Part shown: one piece after another, positions 12,749-23,396 of the stretch | Numbering within the stretch: position 1 is the first letter of the stretch | How the letters are laid out: each line of letters begins with the position of its first letter | Source: a virus | Length of the DNA: 41,480 nt | IMG/VR virus record: IMGVR_UViG_3300044556_000129 | Direction: 5' to 3' (one strand) | Program-made: the position numbers and the translations under genes | The notes under the pieces: generated by a model | What the model was told of the DNA's origin: nothing | Databases searched by the model: none | The model's input: the letters and a program-made list of their open reading frames with translations, nothing else

Positions 12749-15700
12749 TTATTTAGCTTTCAAACTATTTAATTTAGATAATGTGTCTATTGCTTGCGTA
12801 TATGGGATAAAATCAGGAATTGGGGCTAAATTCAACAAAGTACGCAAATCTTTTTGTGTACCTTTACTCTTTGCAAGGCGATATGCACTTCGTATAGGCT
12901 TCCATGTCAAATCAGATAAAGTGTCAACGGCAGGTAACTGCTGGACACTATTCCCTACAAAATCCCCAAAGTCTCTAGGGGGATTGTTACGATATTGTGA
13001 TACTGTAGTTCTGATTGTAGGCGCGCCCGTACCTGCTTCCCAAAAATCATTGACAACCCCCATCGGAGAGAGAAACCCAGTTCTAAGGAAAGCGGCTTTT
13101 GCAAGAGCTTTATCATTCAAATAGTTTTCCTTGATATAATTTGCCGCGTCTGTCTGTCCCATAGCATACAAGGCGGCTATTTTAGCTCCATTACGAGCGG
13201 CAAAAGCGGCTGTGTTTGTCATAAGAGAAAGAGCAAAGGCCATAGCATCCTGTGCTTCATGCTGTTGCAACATACGCATAAACTGTGCATTATTTGAACG
13301 CATGTTAAAGTCTTTAAACATCATAACAAGACGCATCAAAGAATTAGTGTCTTTCAACATATTACGGTTCCCTTCCGAGGAACTTAATAAGACACTCTTT
13401 TCTACCTGATTCTGAATCAGATCATACCAAGCCCAAAAGGTATCAGGACTTTCTTTTCTCCATTTATCTACATCAAAACCATCTGCAACAGTACCTTTCT
13501 TACCATCCCATTTCACATAAGTACATAAGTCATCTTTCAGCTGTTCAATGTCTATATGTCTGCCAAGAGCCTTAATATTCGCCTTACTGAATGGATTTCG
13601 TAAGGCATTGAAAGTTTCTCCGTGCGCCCAACGAATTGAGTCTGTAATGGCCGCACTACGAGCAGAGCGCACCATTGTGTCTGTCATATGTCCAAGCATA
13701 TTAATCTGTGAAGTGAACTTTCCTAGATTGTGCGTCATATCAGCCGCACTAATCAATAGGTTGTCCACCCCAAATCCTCGTTTAGACAAGGCATTGCGTG
13801 TCTGTGTGTCTCCCCAGTTACCACGGAAAATGTAACGTTCAACAGGTTCACCAAAGACATGCCATGAAAGATCTTCAACCATATCAGAGTTAGCTTTCCC
13901 AAGACGAACATCCTGCACGAATTTTCGCAAGGGATTGAAGACACCAAATACCTGTTTCAGACCCCCATAGGCAATAGCACCCCCTAAGTCGCCTAACTGG
14001 TTCCATCCCATAGAACCACCGCGTTTGAAGTATGCAAAGTTATTTAGAATCTTCGATACAGCCGCCCCTTCATCATACACATTGCGTTCGTAATGATCAC
14101 GCATCCCACGGAGTCTAGCAATATTATCAAGGAACCACCGCTTATTCTTTTCAGCTGTGGAACTATTGATGCGTCCATCATTCCCCATGGAAGCAAGACG
14201 CAATTCATGGAGTACCTTCTTCATGAAAGCCCCATATTCATTGGCAGAACCAAGGACGTTGCGTACTGCTACTTCCCCTGCAAAACGTCTATTCGTTCTG
14301 TTCAGTGTGTGTTCAAGGTCATAGTATCTAAGGTCATTATCAAAAGAGAAAGCTTTAACAACATTTCCCTCTGCATCTTTAATATCCATGACGACACCTG
14401 TGTCCATCGGAAGACGCCCACGGAAGAAGTTCAAGTCCCCAAGTTTAGAGGAAGCACCATTGGTGTCTAAACCATCCAATTTATCCTCAAGAGGTTGCAT
14501 GATGTTGTCTGCCCATTCCTTACACTTTTCATCCCTGAAAGCATCAATTTCTTTATCTGTGGTTTCTTTGATAGTGGTAGCACGTTTTTGTTCAAGTTCT
14601 TCTTTGACACGTTTAACTTTGGCATGGTTAATCTTTTCTGATTCTTTAAATGCTTCTTTATTTAAAAATGTCTCTGCGCTCTTAATTTCACGCTGGAGTC
14701 TAAGTTCTTTTTCACGTTTAATCATCTCTCCAATCAGCTTACGAGACGTAGGCATATTGGAAGCGACTAATGCATACTTTTCCATAAAATCTCTCGCTCC
14801 CTTATCACCTGTGGTGGTGAAGTTAGACACAAACTCTCTATAAGCGTCAGGGTCAATCAAACGATGAAATTCATCATCAACCGAGTACCATCCATCCTCA
14901 ATCAAGTTACGTTCTATAGAACCACCAAAAATAGAGGACGAATTTTTACCGAGGTCAATACGAGTATCATAAAGGCCCTGCAAGGACTTAACAGCTTTCA
15001 TGACATTCTGGTCAACCAAGTTATCATCAATGTTAATGTGTGTCTGCTGTTTAGACAGGCTGTTGAATTTATCAATTACAAGCTTATCAAATTCCTGTCT
15101 ATGTGCATCCCCTTTGCGAAAAGGATTAATGACACCCATTGTGCCATAGTGGTCACGAATCCACTCTTTACGAGCATCAAGAATCTCGCCTTTGTACTTA
15201 TCAAGCTGTCCCATGAGATAGTCCTTCATACGTTCCGCAGAGGGCATATTGGAATAATTACGAGATGTACCACGTCGCTGTGCATCTTCCCATAATTCAG
15301 AGGCTTTCTTAGCAAGCGTCACGGACGGAGAATGATAAGCGGCCCCATACGGAGTACGGGTAAGTGCTGTATTATCCATCCATCCCGATAAGGTATTGAC
15401 GGTCTTTTCAAAGGCTGTCTTTCCCTTTCGTTCCTGTGCTAATTCATCTGCACTCTTTTCATAGTCAAGAAGACTTTCAGGTGCAAGCATGTTGTCTTTT
15501 GAGAAATGGACACCATTCTGGATAATGCTCCCATCAGGATTGACAATAATACCCTGCTTCTTCAAACTCTGATAGCGTACAGCCGTGTTTACCATGTCGA
15601 GTATCTCATTGTTGGTGAATCTTACTTTATCACCAAACCCCATTGCCTTTAAACCCTCTCTAAAGCTAGACACCAAGGAATGACTAGACTTACGACTCAA

Positions 15701-17854
15701 CATATCATGCTGAACTGCGTAACCAAGAATTTCTTCGGGGTCTGTGCTGTTGGCGAGTCTTGCGGCCTGTGCAAACTTTGATGTCGTGTCTTTTGCTTGT
15801 GTAGACACAAAATCCATCAAGGACTGATAGCGTTCAGTACCTATGGTGTCTTTCAAGGATTGATGCACCCCAATTTCATGAGCTAATACACCATCTAATT
15901 CTTTAGCTCCACTGATATTATCTTTTACCACTACGGTATAATCACCATGAGGAACAAAGAAGCCTTTCGTGTTATCAGACACCTTAATGCCCATGGAAGC
16001 CCCTAGTTTCTTTGCGTCTTTCAGAGATAATGCAAAGACATCATCACGATCTGCTACGGAACTTGCAATCTTCCCTTCCTGCTTCGTGAAGTATGATACA
16101 TCATGAAGTTTGGAAGCGGCTTCCTTTGTATCCATGATAGTATAGGGTGTCTTGAGTCCCACTGCTTCACGAGCGGCACTCGTTTCAATCCTATCGGCTG
16201 TGCGAGCCAGATTAGATACAGCAGGGTCTTTGTGAAACAGATTCTTTCCTGCCATCCCAAGGGTACGTAAGACACCCCCAGAAATACCTGCAATCATAGC
16301 GGCTCCTGCAATGCTATCATCTGTACCATTACCAAGGTTGGCGGCATGTTGCTGAATAGCACCCATAGCGGCCATGTTCAATGCTGTGTCCCCAATCCTT
16401 TTAGCTCCACCTGCACTGAGAATCTTTTCAGCAGAGGCTTTAGCGGCACTATCAATGATACGTGTATCTTTCACCACGCCACCTAGTGTCTTCATAATCT
16501 TCCCTGCCTGTAAGACCTTCAATTCAGGTAGTGCGTTCAGGGGGTCTAAGACAGCCCCTAAGACAGTACCAAGAGTATGTGCGCCTACGGAGTTATAGTA
16601 AGCGGCATACTTTGCATCTTCTGCCATCTCATCGGACTTCTTTTGTAATAGGTAATACAATTGTGTGGGGTCTTTTGCATTATCAATTATCCATTGTGCC
16701 TCTGCTTCATTACCACTACCCATAGCGGCCTTGATATAATTACGATCTGCGTCTGTAATTTTATCACGCCCGAAAGCATCAAGGTCACTATGGAAAAGGT
16801 CAGTATATAAAGCATCAACAAATTCATATGCAAAGTTACCACTACGCTTGAAGTCATGCCAAATGCCCTCAAGGATAGAAGGTTTTTCCTTTAGGGCATC
16901 TTCATAGGCTTTTTGCATCTGTAATTTCGTATCAGCTAAAGCTTGCAGTTCTGGACTAACCATGTTCTGCATTTTAGGGGTAAAGACACCCTCACCAAAG
17001 GTGGTAGTGGCTTGCTTAGGGCCTAAGAGGGCATTAACTTCTTTTGACAAATCAGGGTTAGCTACATGCAGATGAGGGCCAGTGCCATGAGGGTCACTAA
17101 TGACTTCTTGAAATCCTAAAGACCGTGCATAGTCCGCAAGAGCAGATAAAGTATCATCTCCCCATTGCAAGCCATCCCATGCAATATCAGCGCCAAGACC
17201 TTTATAGTGCCAGCTTGTCTCTGTATGCGAATCATCATTTGCCCCAGCTGTCAGAATAGGAGAAACACCCAATTCCTGTGCTTTCTTGAACAACATCCCC
17301 AAGCGTTGATACATACTACCATCAATGCCTTTCATGTCATCGGGCAGATAAGAAGTGTAATCTTCCGTGTCTGTTCCCCCACTTGCATTACCTGTAGCGT
17401 TTGTATCTGTGTCTTCACCACCATAAAGATTTGAATAAATCTCACCTGCTACCTGTTGTCTAAGGGACATTTTCTGTCCTTGACAACGTTCGTAATAATC
17501 AGCAATAGCGGCGGCGGCACTTTCAGCACTAGACAAGTCAGAATTAGAAATAGCTTCAAGGGCCTGAGATTCTGTATTGTGAAGTTCCCAATCAACGAAC
17601 TCTAGCTGAGCATAAATGTCATTAGAATCATAGCCGTGTTTAGACATAAAATTATTGAACTCTGCTTGTCTACTTTCATCCAACCACTGTGCAATTCCAT
17701 AAGCACCGTTGGGAGCTATACTGTCAGGATTAATTTCTTCACCGCCACCCGTTTCAACAGCAAAGTTAGCGGCGAACCCTGCGGCCAATGTCGGCGAATA
17801 CCCATGCTGAATAAACCAATTATAGACAAGGGTCATATTATCTGAAACTGCCAT
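12749..17854 (-). CDS. Giant internal virion/ejection protein (T7 gp16 position) with N-terminal cell-wall hydrolase domains
   Basis: 1701 aa. The N-terminus is lysozyme-like (GFAANFAVETGGGEEINPDSIAPNGAYGIAQW). A LAS-type metallopeptidase signature follows (SWHYKGLGADIA...GPHLHV), and there is an internal HExxH (LAHEIGVHQ). Confidence 0.7.
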   Translation of the reverse strand: MAVSDNMTLVYNWFIQHGYSPTLAAGFAANFAVETGGGEEINPDSIAPNGAYGIAQWLDESRQAEFNNFMSKHGYDSNDIYAQLEFVDWELHNTESQALEAISNSDLSSAESAAAAIADYYERCQGQKMSLRQQVAGEIYSNLYGGEDTDTNATGNASGGTDTEDYTSYLPDDMKGIDGSMYQRLGMLFKKAQELGVSPILTAGANDDSHTETSWHYKGLGADIAWDGLQWGDDTLSALADYARSLGFQEVISDPHGTGPHLHVANPDLSKEVNALLGPKQATTTFGEGVFTPKMQNMVSPELQALADTKLQMQKAYEDALKEKPSILEGIWHDFKRSGNFAYEFVDALYTDLFHSDLDAFGRDKITDADRNYIKAAMGSGNEAEAQWIIDNAKDPTQLYYLLQKKSDEMAEDAKYAAYYNSVGAHTLGTVLGAVLDPLNALPELKVLQAGKIMKTLGGVVKDTRIIDSAAKASAEKILSAGGAKRIGDTALNMAAMGAIQQHAANLGNGTDDSIAGAAMIAGISGGVLRTLGMAGKNLFHKDPAVSNLARTADRIETSAAREAVGLKTPYTIMDTKEAASKLHDVSYFTKQEGKIASSVADRDDVFALSLKDAKKLGASMGIKVSDNTKGFFVPHGDYTVVVKDNISGAKELDGVLAHEIGVHQSLKDTIGTERYQSLMDFVSTQAKDTTSKFAQAARLANSTDPEEILGYAVQHDMLSRKSSHSLVSSFREGLKAMGFGDKVRFTNNEILDMVNTAVRYQSLKKQGIIVNPDGSIIQNGVHFSKDNMLAPESLLDYEKSADELAQERKGKTAFEKTVNTLSGWMDNTALTRTPYGAAYHSPSVTLAKKASELWEDAQRRGTSRNYSNMPSAERMKDYLMGQLDKYKGEILDARKEWIRDHYGTMGVINPFRKGDAHRQEFDKLVIDKFNSLSKQQTHINIDDNLVDQNVMKAVKSLQGLYDTRIDLGKNSSSIFGGSIERNLIEDGWYSVDDEFHRLIDPDAYREFVSNFTTTGDKGARDFMEKYALVASNMPTSRKLIGEMIKREKELRLQREIKSAETFLNKEAFKESEKINHAKVKRVKEELEQKRATTIKETTDKEIDAFRDEKCKEWADNIMQPLEDKLDGLDTNGASSKLGDLNFFRGRLPMDTGVVMDIKDAEGNVVKAFSFDNDLRYYDLEHTLNRTNRRFAGEVAVRNVLGSANEYGAFMKKVLHELRLASMGNDGRINSSTAEKNKRWFLDNIARLRGMRDHYERNVYDEGAAVSKILNNFAYFKRGGSMGWNQLGDLGGAIAYGGLKQVFGVFNPLRKFVQDVRLGKANSDMVEDLSWHVFGEPVERYIFRGNWGDTQTRNALSKRGFGVDNLLISAADMTHNLGKFTSQINMLGHMTDTMVRSARSAAITDSIRWAHGETFNALRNPFSKANIKALGRHIDIEQLKDDLCTYVKWDGKKGTVADGFDVDKWRKESPDTFWAWYDLIQNQVEKSVLLSSSEGNRNMLKDTNSLMRLVMMFKDFNMRSNNAQFMRMLQQHEAQDAMAFALSLMTNTAAFAARNGAKIAALYAMGQTDAANYIKENYLNDKALAKAAFLRTGFLSPMGVVNDFWEAGTGAPTIRTTVSQYRNNPPRDFGDFVGNSVQQLPAVDTLSDLTWKPIRSAYRLAKSKGTQKDLRTLLNLAPIPDFIPYTQAIDTLSKLNSLKAK

Positions 17855-17871
17855 TGTGTCTTATCTCCTTT

Positions 17872-20229
17872 CTATTCACCTTTTACCCATGATTTAAATT
17901 CATCCCACTTTTCACTAATAGCTTCCCCTACTTCTTCCGCTTTGTCTTTTACTGCTTCTGCTGTAGTAGACACAAAGTCAGAAACGGTATGTTCTGAGGT
18001 GTACGAAGTAGTGTAAGAATCATCCGAAGATTCATCGCTACTAGAAGTGGAAGTTGGAACATAAGAAGCAACATATTGAATTTCATTTGCCATGTCAGAA
18101 CCAGTAAGCTGAATATAGTTTCCATTGGAACTTTCAGAAAAAGACCAAGAATTTGAAGCTTCATCATAGGCAACGTTTACATCCTCAGCAGAAACACCCC
18201 ATGTGTCCGCATAAGAATAACATAAGGTATCTAAAGCTTGTATTGCAAATGCTCTCTCTGTGTCAGGAGACAGCCCACTATTAAAACAGTTTTTAGGAAA
18301 GATAGCGCCATGATAATATGCATAAGAATCCCGTATGTCATTACACGCGGCATTCAAGGCGGCTTGTGGGTCATGATAGGCGAGATTAAACATCAAGGCT
18401 CTGTCTTTAACCGTTTCTGCAATCTGTGGGTTGTCCCATGAAATATCAGGAGCAGTACTCCCTTCACTATTCCAACTATCCATCCCACCAATAGACCAGC
18501 CACCAGCGGCGATGCCTTTAATCTGTGCCATGTAATTCTGTTTGTCCTGTTCGCTGGTGTCTTTAATACGACAATAGTTAGCATATCCTCGAACGAGTGC
18601 ATTGTCTGCATCTTCTTCGCCCGACGCATGAGAAAAGTTTATAATCGCACCTATAGCGGCATCTACCTTACTACCAAAAGCACCCGCAAACTGACCATGG
18701 TTAATGTTACGTGCTTTTACAAGATAAATGATGGAGTTAGGGACACCATTCGCTTCGACACTATCTGCTGTGGCACTGTTAATAGTCTGTAAGACACTAT
18801 TCACTAACTGGTTTTTTACGTTGCTCACACCCGAATAGGTGTAGAGCTTCATAAGCTTCTGTGCTTTTGTGTCTTCGTCGTCATCACTATTGATAATCTG
18901 ATTTTCGTACTCCTGAAAAGCACTAAGAATCGTACCCGAATCAACAGCCTTACCACCAACTAAAGGTTTCCCAATGGAACTACCATAACCATCTTTTACG
19001 GGGTTATCATCTTCCATGAAGGCCCGAATGTTTTCCCTAGCCGAAGCAGTGCTTGCCTGTGATTTGGCGGCTGTAGTGACACCTTTAGCCCCTACCTTAG
19101 CCATACGAGCCTGTGCGGCCTTATGTTGATTTTGAAGACTTTCAATAGGCCCAAACATACCTGTCAGCAATTCCCCTTGGTCACGCTCATCTCGATTATC
19201 TGAATTAGTCATTTTGATAGCATCGGTATAGACACGATTCATGTCTTTGTCTTTTCCATACTTTTTGAGGAAATCCATCTTTGATTTTTCCATGTGGGCT
19301 TTACGATAGGCAAGATTCAGGGTGTCTAATTCCATGGTGTCTACTAAGTCACCCATGGTCTGCGTAGTCCCATCCAAGCGTGTCTGTACAGGAATCTGGT
19401 CAAGTATAGTAGCTTTAAAGTTCTTAAAGTCTTTAATAGTACCTGTAGTAATAATTTCTTTGCAGAAGTTATCTACAAGTGTCTGTCGTTGTGAAGGATT
19501 TAATCCCATTAAACGACTCTGATTAAAAATCTCCGTCAACTTCTGTACTTGGTCTTCCCTAGACATGGTAGGGGCCGTATAAATCAAGTCACCTAGTTCA
19601 GATTTGATGTTATTAAACGTTTCTGCAATTCTATCTTCAATGTCCCTCTGAACATGATTGCTCATTAAGGTTTGCTGATTTTCGATGTTCTTATCATTGA
19701 AACCCTGTTCAAAAGACACATTATTGTCAATCAATCCTTTATCAATAAAACGCTGGCGATACTTCTGTACAAAAGAGTCATAACGCTTCACTTCCTCATC
19801 GGGAGTACGTGCAGGACTATCACCAAATTCTTCCGTATAGGCAAGCTTCGCTGAGTCACCTAATGCCTGTCCACGTAATTTATCGCTGTAAGCAATGAAA
19901 TATGGGTTATCTAAGTTATTCCCATATCCATATGTTAAAGCCATGTCAAGTGTGTTTAATTTCTGTCTGTCTTCCTCTGTCGTGGATGCAATGAGTCTGT
20001 TTGCTTCTGTAAGCCCTTCTTCATTCATGCGCTTTTCACGATCTGTGATGAAAGACAACCAACTACTATTGAGATTATTTGCCGCACTTGCAAACATAGA
20101 AGCGGACGAGGAAGAAGGGTTAGTACCTCTAACCCCCTGTACCTCTGTCAAACGCTCTTGATATGTTGCGTCTGGTTGCGGCATAAATTGCATTTCTGTT
20201 CCTACAGCACTAGCAATCCGTTTCGCCAT
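17872..20229 (-). CDS. Internal virion core protein (T7 gp15 position)
   Basis: 785 aa versus 747 aa for T7 gp15. Assigned by synteny and a strong RBS AAGGAGAGG. No motif recognised. Confidence 0.5.
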   Translation of the reverse strand: MAKRIASAVGTEMQFMPQPDATYQERLTEVQGVRGTNPSSSSASMFASAANNLNSSWLSFITDREKRMNEEGLTEANRLIASTTEEDRQKLNTLDMALTYGYGNNLDNPYFIAYSDKLRGQALGDSAKLAYTEEFGDSPARTPDEEVKRYDSFVQKYRQRFIDKGLIDNNVSFEQGFNDKNIENQQTLMSNHVQRDIEDRIAETFNNIKSELGDLIYTAPTMSREDQVQKLTEIFNQSRLMGLNPSQRQTLVDNFCKEIITTGTIKDFKNFKATILDQIPVQTRLDGTTQTMGDLVDTMELDTLNLAYRKAHMEKSKMDFLKKYGKDKDMNRVYTDAIKMTNSDNRDERDQGELLTGMFGPIESLQNQHKAAQARMAKVGAKGVTTAAKSQASTASARENIRAFMEDDNPVKDGYGSSIGKPLVGGKAVDSGTILSAFQEYENQIINSDDDEDTKAQKLMKLYTYSGVSNVKNQLVNSVLQTINSATADSVEANGVPNSIIYLVKARNINHGQFAGAFGSKVDAAIGAIINFSHASGEEDADNALVRGYANYCRIKDTSEQDKQNYMAQIKGIAAGGWSIGGMDSWNSEGSTAPDISWDNPQIAETVKDRALMFNLAYHDPQAALNAACNDIRDSYAYYHGAIFPKNCFNSGLSPDTERAFAIQALDTLCYSYADTWGVSAEDVNVAYDEASNSWSFSESSNGNYIQLTGSDMANEIQYVASYVPTSTSSSDESSDDSYTTSYTSEHTVSDFVSTTAEAVKDKAEEVGEAISEKWDEFKSWVKGE

Positions 20230-21044
20230 GTCGCACCTCTCCTTGAAATACCCCCATTAGACCAATCATAAGACAAGCCACTACTCATGTCACCACTAAA
20301 GTAATCATTGATAGCATTGCTTGCAAAAAGGCCCTGAGGATTGAATAAATTCATACTGTCATACTTTGCAGACGCTTCGTCGAGGTCTACAATTCGTGTT
20401 CCAATTCCTGTATCATGAATATCTTCCCTATGAATATAAGGGTCAAGATTTACAGGTCTAATGTCACCTGTATTTCTATTAAGTACTTTACCATGTCCCC
20501 CTTCGACACCTGCTTTCTTTCTCATGCTCTTAATGCCCTGTAAGGTATTATAGGTCTGCATGAAATCTGAAAACATTTCCATACCCTGTGTAAGATAAGA
20601 GGGTGTCTCAACCGACGGAATACTATTGATAGCATTACGTGTAGAGATAAGTGCCGCTTCCTTATTAAGGTCAATCTCATTCATTTTATTTTGATAATTA
20701 GCCTGAGACTGAGAAGCAACACGTGATTCATCTGCGCGAACACTACGATTAATCAAGTTAGCTGTTCTGCCACCCCCTGCCAATTCTTCATTGACAGCGG
20801 CTTTAACGGACGCTTCCTGTCTATGAGCGTTCATCCTATCTTTCGTCATTGCATCAATCTGAGCGGCGAAAGCGGCCCTACGCTGTGTTTCATAGTTTTG
20901 AAAGGTATAGTTCATAGACTGGAGCAATCCCCTTGCGGTCTGATTGTTGGCATCAATCTGATTTTGAATTTCAGCTCTCCGTGCTTTCTGCTTAGACAAG
21001 GAGCTAAGAGCTGAAATACCATAACTAAGTGCTACGGTACACAT
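20202..21044 (-). CDS. Internal virion protein (T7 gp13/gp14 position)
   Basis: 280 aa, assigned by synteny only. Confidence 0.4.
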   Translation of the reverse strand: MCTVALSYGISALSSLSKQKARRAEIQNQIDANNQTARGLLQSMNYTFQNYETQRRAAFAAQIDAMTKDRMNAHRQEASVKAAVNEELAGGGRTANLINRSVRADESRVASQSQANYQNKMNEIDLNKEAALISTRNAINSIPSVETPSYLTQGMEMFSDFMQTYNTLQGIKSMRKKAGVEGGHGKVLNRNTGDIRPVNLDPYIHREDIHDTGIGTRIVDLDEASAKYDSMNLFNPQGLFASNAINDYFSGDMSSGLSYDWSNGGISRRGATWRNGLLVL

Positions 21045-21047
21045 TCG

Positions 21048-23390
21048 CTATACCCCCTTTGTTCGTGTTGTATAAAGACAATCCCAATTCAGCCCTACAA
21101 TAGAGATGGGAACTGGCATGTCTGATTCTACTGCAATCGTAACGGATTCATTCTTAGCATGAATAGGAACATCAAACTTTCCTGTTTCATTCTGCTTCTT
21201 CCCCAAGCGAGCGGAAGATGTACCAAGAATCTTACTAGTCATCCGATACATATACTCTTTGCCCCCAAGGTAAGACACCCTGCAAGCCAAGAAACCTGTA
21301 TGATCGTAATTGATATGGATGTTCTTGATTTGTGTCCTGCCTTCTGCATAGGAACTAATGTTTCCATTGTCATTCTTTTTAAGATAGAATGTGGTGAAGA
21401 CAGCCTTAAACAAATAAGGTTCCCCTACTACCAATTTCTTTCCTGCAAAGTTACCCTCAAGATAGATACAGCCTTCGTCATCTGCTTTCAGATTTTCGTG
21501 CAAGACACCATCATGAGTAACGACACAAAGGTGCTGTAATGGTGTAGTGTCTGTATAGGCATAAAGTGCCTTGAGGTCAAACTTTGTTCTTTCATATACA
21601 TCATCATAAACACCATTATCCATCACTTTCTTCTGGTCGAGATAGACACGGTAAACTTCGGTATCATCAAACTCTTTGATATTTACAGAGAAGTCCATTT
21701 GCTCCATGGTAATCTGTGTCCCTCTGCGTATAAGCAAGTACAAGTAACTACCAATGAATCCTGCACCATAAATCTCACCATCAAACACCCATTTAGACCA
21801 TGAGGACTGAATACGTTCTTCATTAGCAAATAGATACTTATAGAGGTAAACGGTGTCTGTCGCCTTGTTTGTCAGACAGAACAGCACATTTTCAGCCGTA
21901 GAGGTAATAATATCATATACACCTGCTTCAATATAGTTTGGGATGTGAGATGTAATGTCCTGTGCATTTTTCATCTGTGAAATATCCTGAACCGTATAGT
22001 ATTCCCGTATCGTAGAGAAATCGCCATGTTCAGAAGGGAAATATAAGTTCTTCCCTGCTACCTTTGGTTGACAGTCAGGAGAACTATTGAATTGCGTAAT
22101 TTCTGTTGGGGACGCTGTTTTCGGTGTCAAGGTGGAATCAGCACGGATAATAAATTGTGTGTCATTCGAGAAAGCGTAAAGGTCTTCGGAAAAGACAACA
22201 CAATAATTAATCAGGTTTGCTTTTGTGGATGTAATCGGGACATCAATCCCATCTGTGTCTAACAGGTCATTGGCTGTTGTCATCCACCAATTAAAGTATT
22301 CCCCTGATTCAGACATGATGATATTTTCACGAGAAGAAACACCTAAGCGATTGCGATAAAAGAAGATACTGGACAAGGTATGATTTACAAAAGATGGAGC
22401 AGGGTTACTATCATCATCACCAACTTTTCGTTCATCCCAATCAAGAGCCTTAAAGGTGAAAGTGTCATCTGCATTATGGATGATGGCATGAGGCATGGTT
22501 GCCTTATCAAACTCAATATTGATATTTGGACAAGCACATTCTTCCCATACATTACTGTCTTTGGAATACTTTACGTAATAACTACCTTCACTTGCCCCAT
22601 TCGGATCGCCTTTTACTTTGACACAATAGTTATCAGGAGCCGTAGCAGGAAGCAAGCTGAAACGCTGAATCGACTTTTTGAAGTTAATAAGAGACTGATG
22701 ATTGAACCCGTCAGCTGTCTGTACAAGACCACCACCCCAAATACGAATCCAATTATCATGATGTTCTGTAGACACCCCACTATTATTTAGTTGTTCATTG
22801 ATGCGGTCTGCAATATAGTTGGTGTCTATCTGCTTCGTCTGCTCAGCGGCATCCCCATTCGGACTTGTCCATGTGCATTTAGACACACCATCAATCCAAA
22901 CCTGATAGGTACGGCCATACTGCCCTTGACGAACATAAAGCATACTACCTTGATTATTAAAATAATCAGGAGACTTCTTGCTGGACAACTTCACTGTTTT
23001 TGTATTGTTCAATACAAAAGTATAATCAGCTACCGTCATAACTCGTAAGTTATCACGAGGAGTGTTGGTAGCTAAATAAGCACCATCTTCAATCTTTACA
23101 GTCTTTTCGTTGCCCTTCATGTCATAAATCTTGACAGTGTTATTTGCAAAGACAACCATGTATTTCTGTTGCCTATCCCTGTCAATGAAATGAACAAGAG
23201 GTTTACTTCCTTTAGTAAGGTTCAATCCTGTGAGTGTCTTTAGATGGACTGTAGGGATACGTTTCTGTAACCCTGAAACCTCTGTCGAGAAACCGTTAAT
23301 CTGCTCCTCAAGCTGTTCAGGGAACCGTAATAGTGGTGGTTGCTGAGACACACCCTGTACAAAGTTTTTGATACTCTGTGAGTAAAGCAT
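21048..23390 (-). CDS. Tail tubular protein B / nozzle (T7 gp12-like)
   Basis: MLYSQSIKNFVQGVSQQPPLLRFPEQ...GLQKR...LRVMTVADYTFVLN aligns with T7 gp12 MALISQSIKNLKGGISQQPDILRYPDQ...GLQKR...LRMVTVADYTFIVN. Confidence 0.88.
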   Translation of the reverse strand: MLYSQSIKNFVQGVSQQPPLLRFPEQLEEQINGFSTEVSGLQKRIPTVHLKTLTGLNLTKGSKPLVHFIDRDRQQKYMVVFANNTVKIYDMKGNEKTVKIEDGAYLATNTPRDNLRVMTVADYTFVLNNTKTVKLSSKKSPDYFNNQGSMLYVRQGQYGRTYQVWIDGVSKCTWTSPNGDAAEQTKQIDTNYIADRINEQLNNSGVSTEHHDNWIRIWGGGLVQTADGFNHQSLINFKKSIQRFSLLPATAPDNYCVKVKGDPNGASEGSYYVKYSKDSNVWEECACPNINIEFDKATMPHAIIHNADDTFTFKALDWDERKVGDDDSNPAPSFVNHTLSSIFFYRNRLGVSSRENIIMSESGEYFNWWMTTANDLLDTDGIDVPITSTKANLINYCVVFSEDLYAFSNDTQFIIRADSTLTPKTASPTEITQFNSSPDCQPKVAGKNLYFPSEHGDFSTIREYYTVQDISQMKNAQDITSHIPNYIEAGVYDIITSTAENVLFCLTNKATDTVYLYKYLFANEERIQSSWSKWVFDGEIYGAGFIGSYLYLLIRRGTQITMEQMDFSVNIKEFDDTEVYRVYLDQKKVMDNGVYDDVYERTKFDLKALYAYTDTTPLQHLCVVTHDGVLHENLKADDEGCIYLEGNFAGKKLVVGEPYLFKAVFTTFYLKKNDNGNISSYAEGRTQIKNIHINYDHTGFLACRVSYLGGKEYMYRMTSKILGTSSARLGKKQNETGKFDVPIHAKNESVTIAVESDMPVPISIVGLNWDCLYTTRTKGV

Positions 23391-23396
23391 GGTGTC

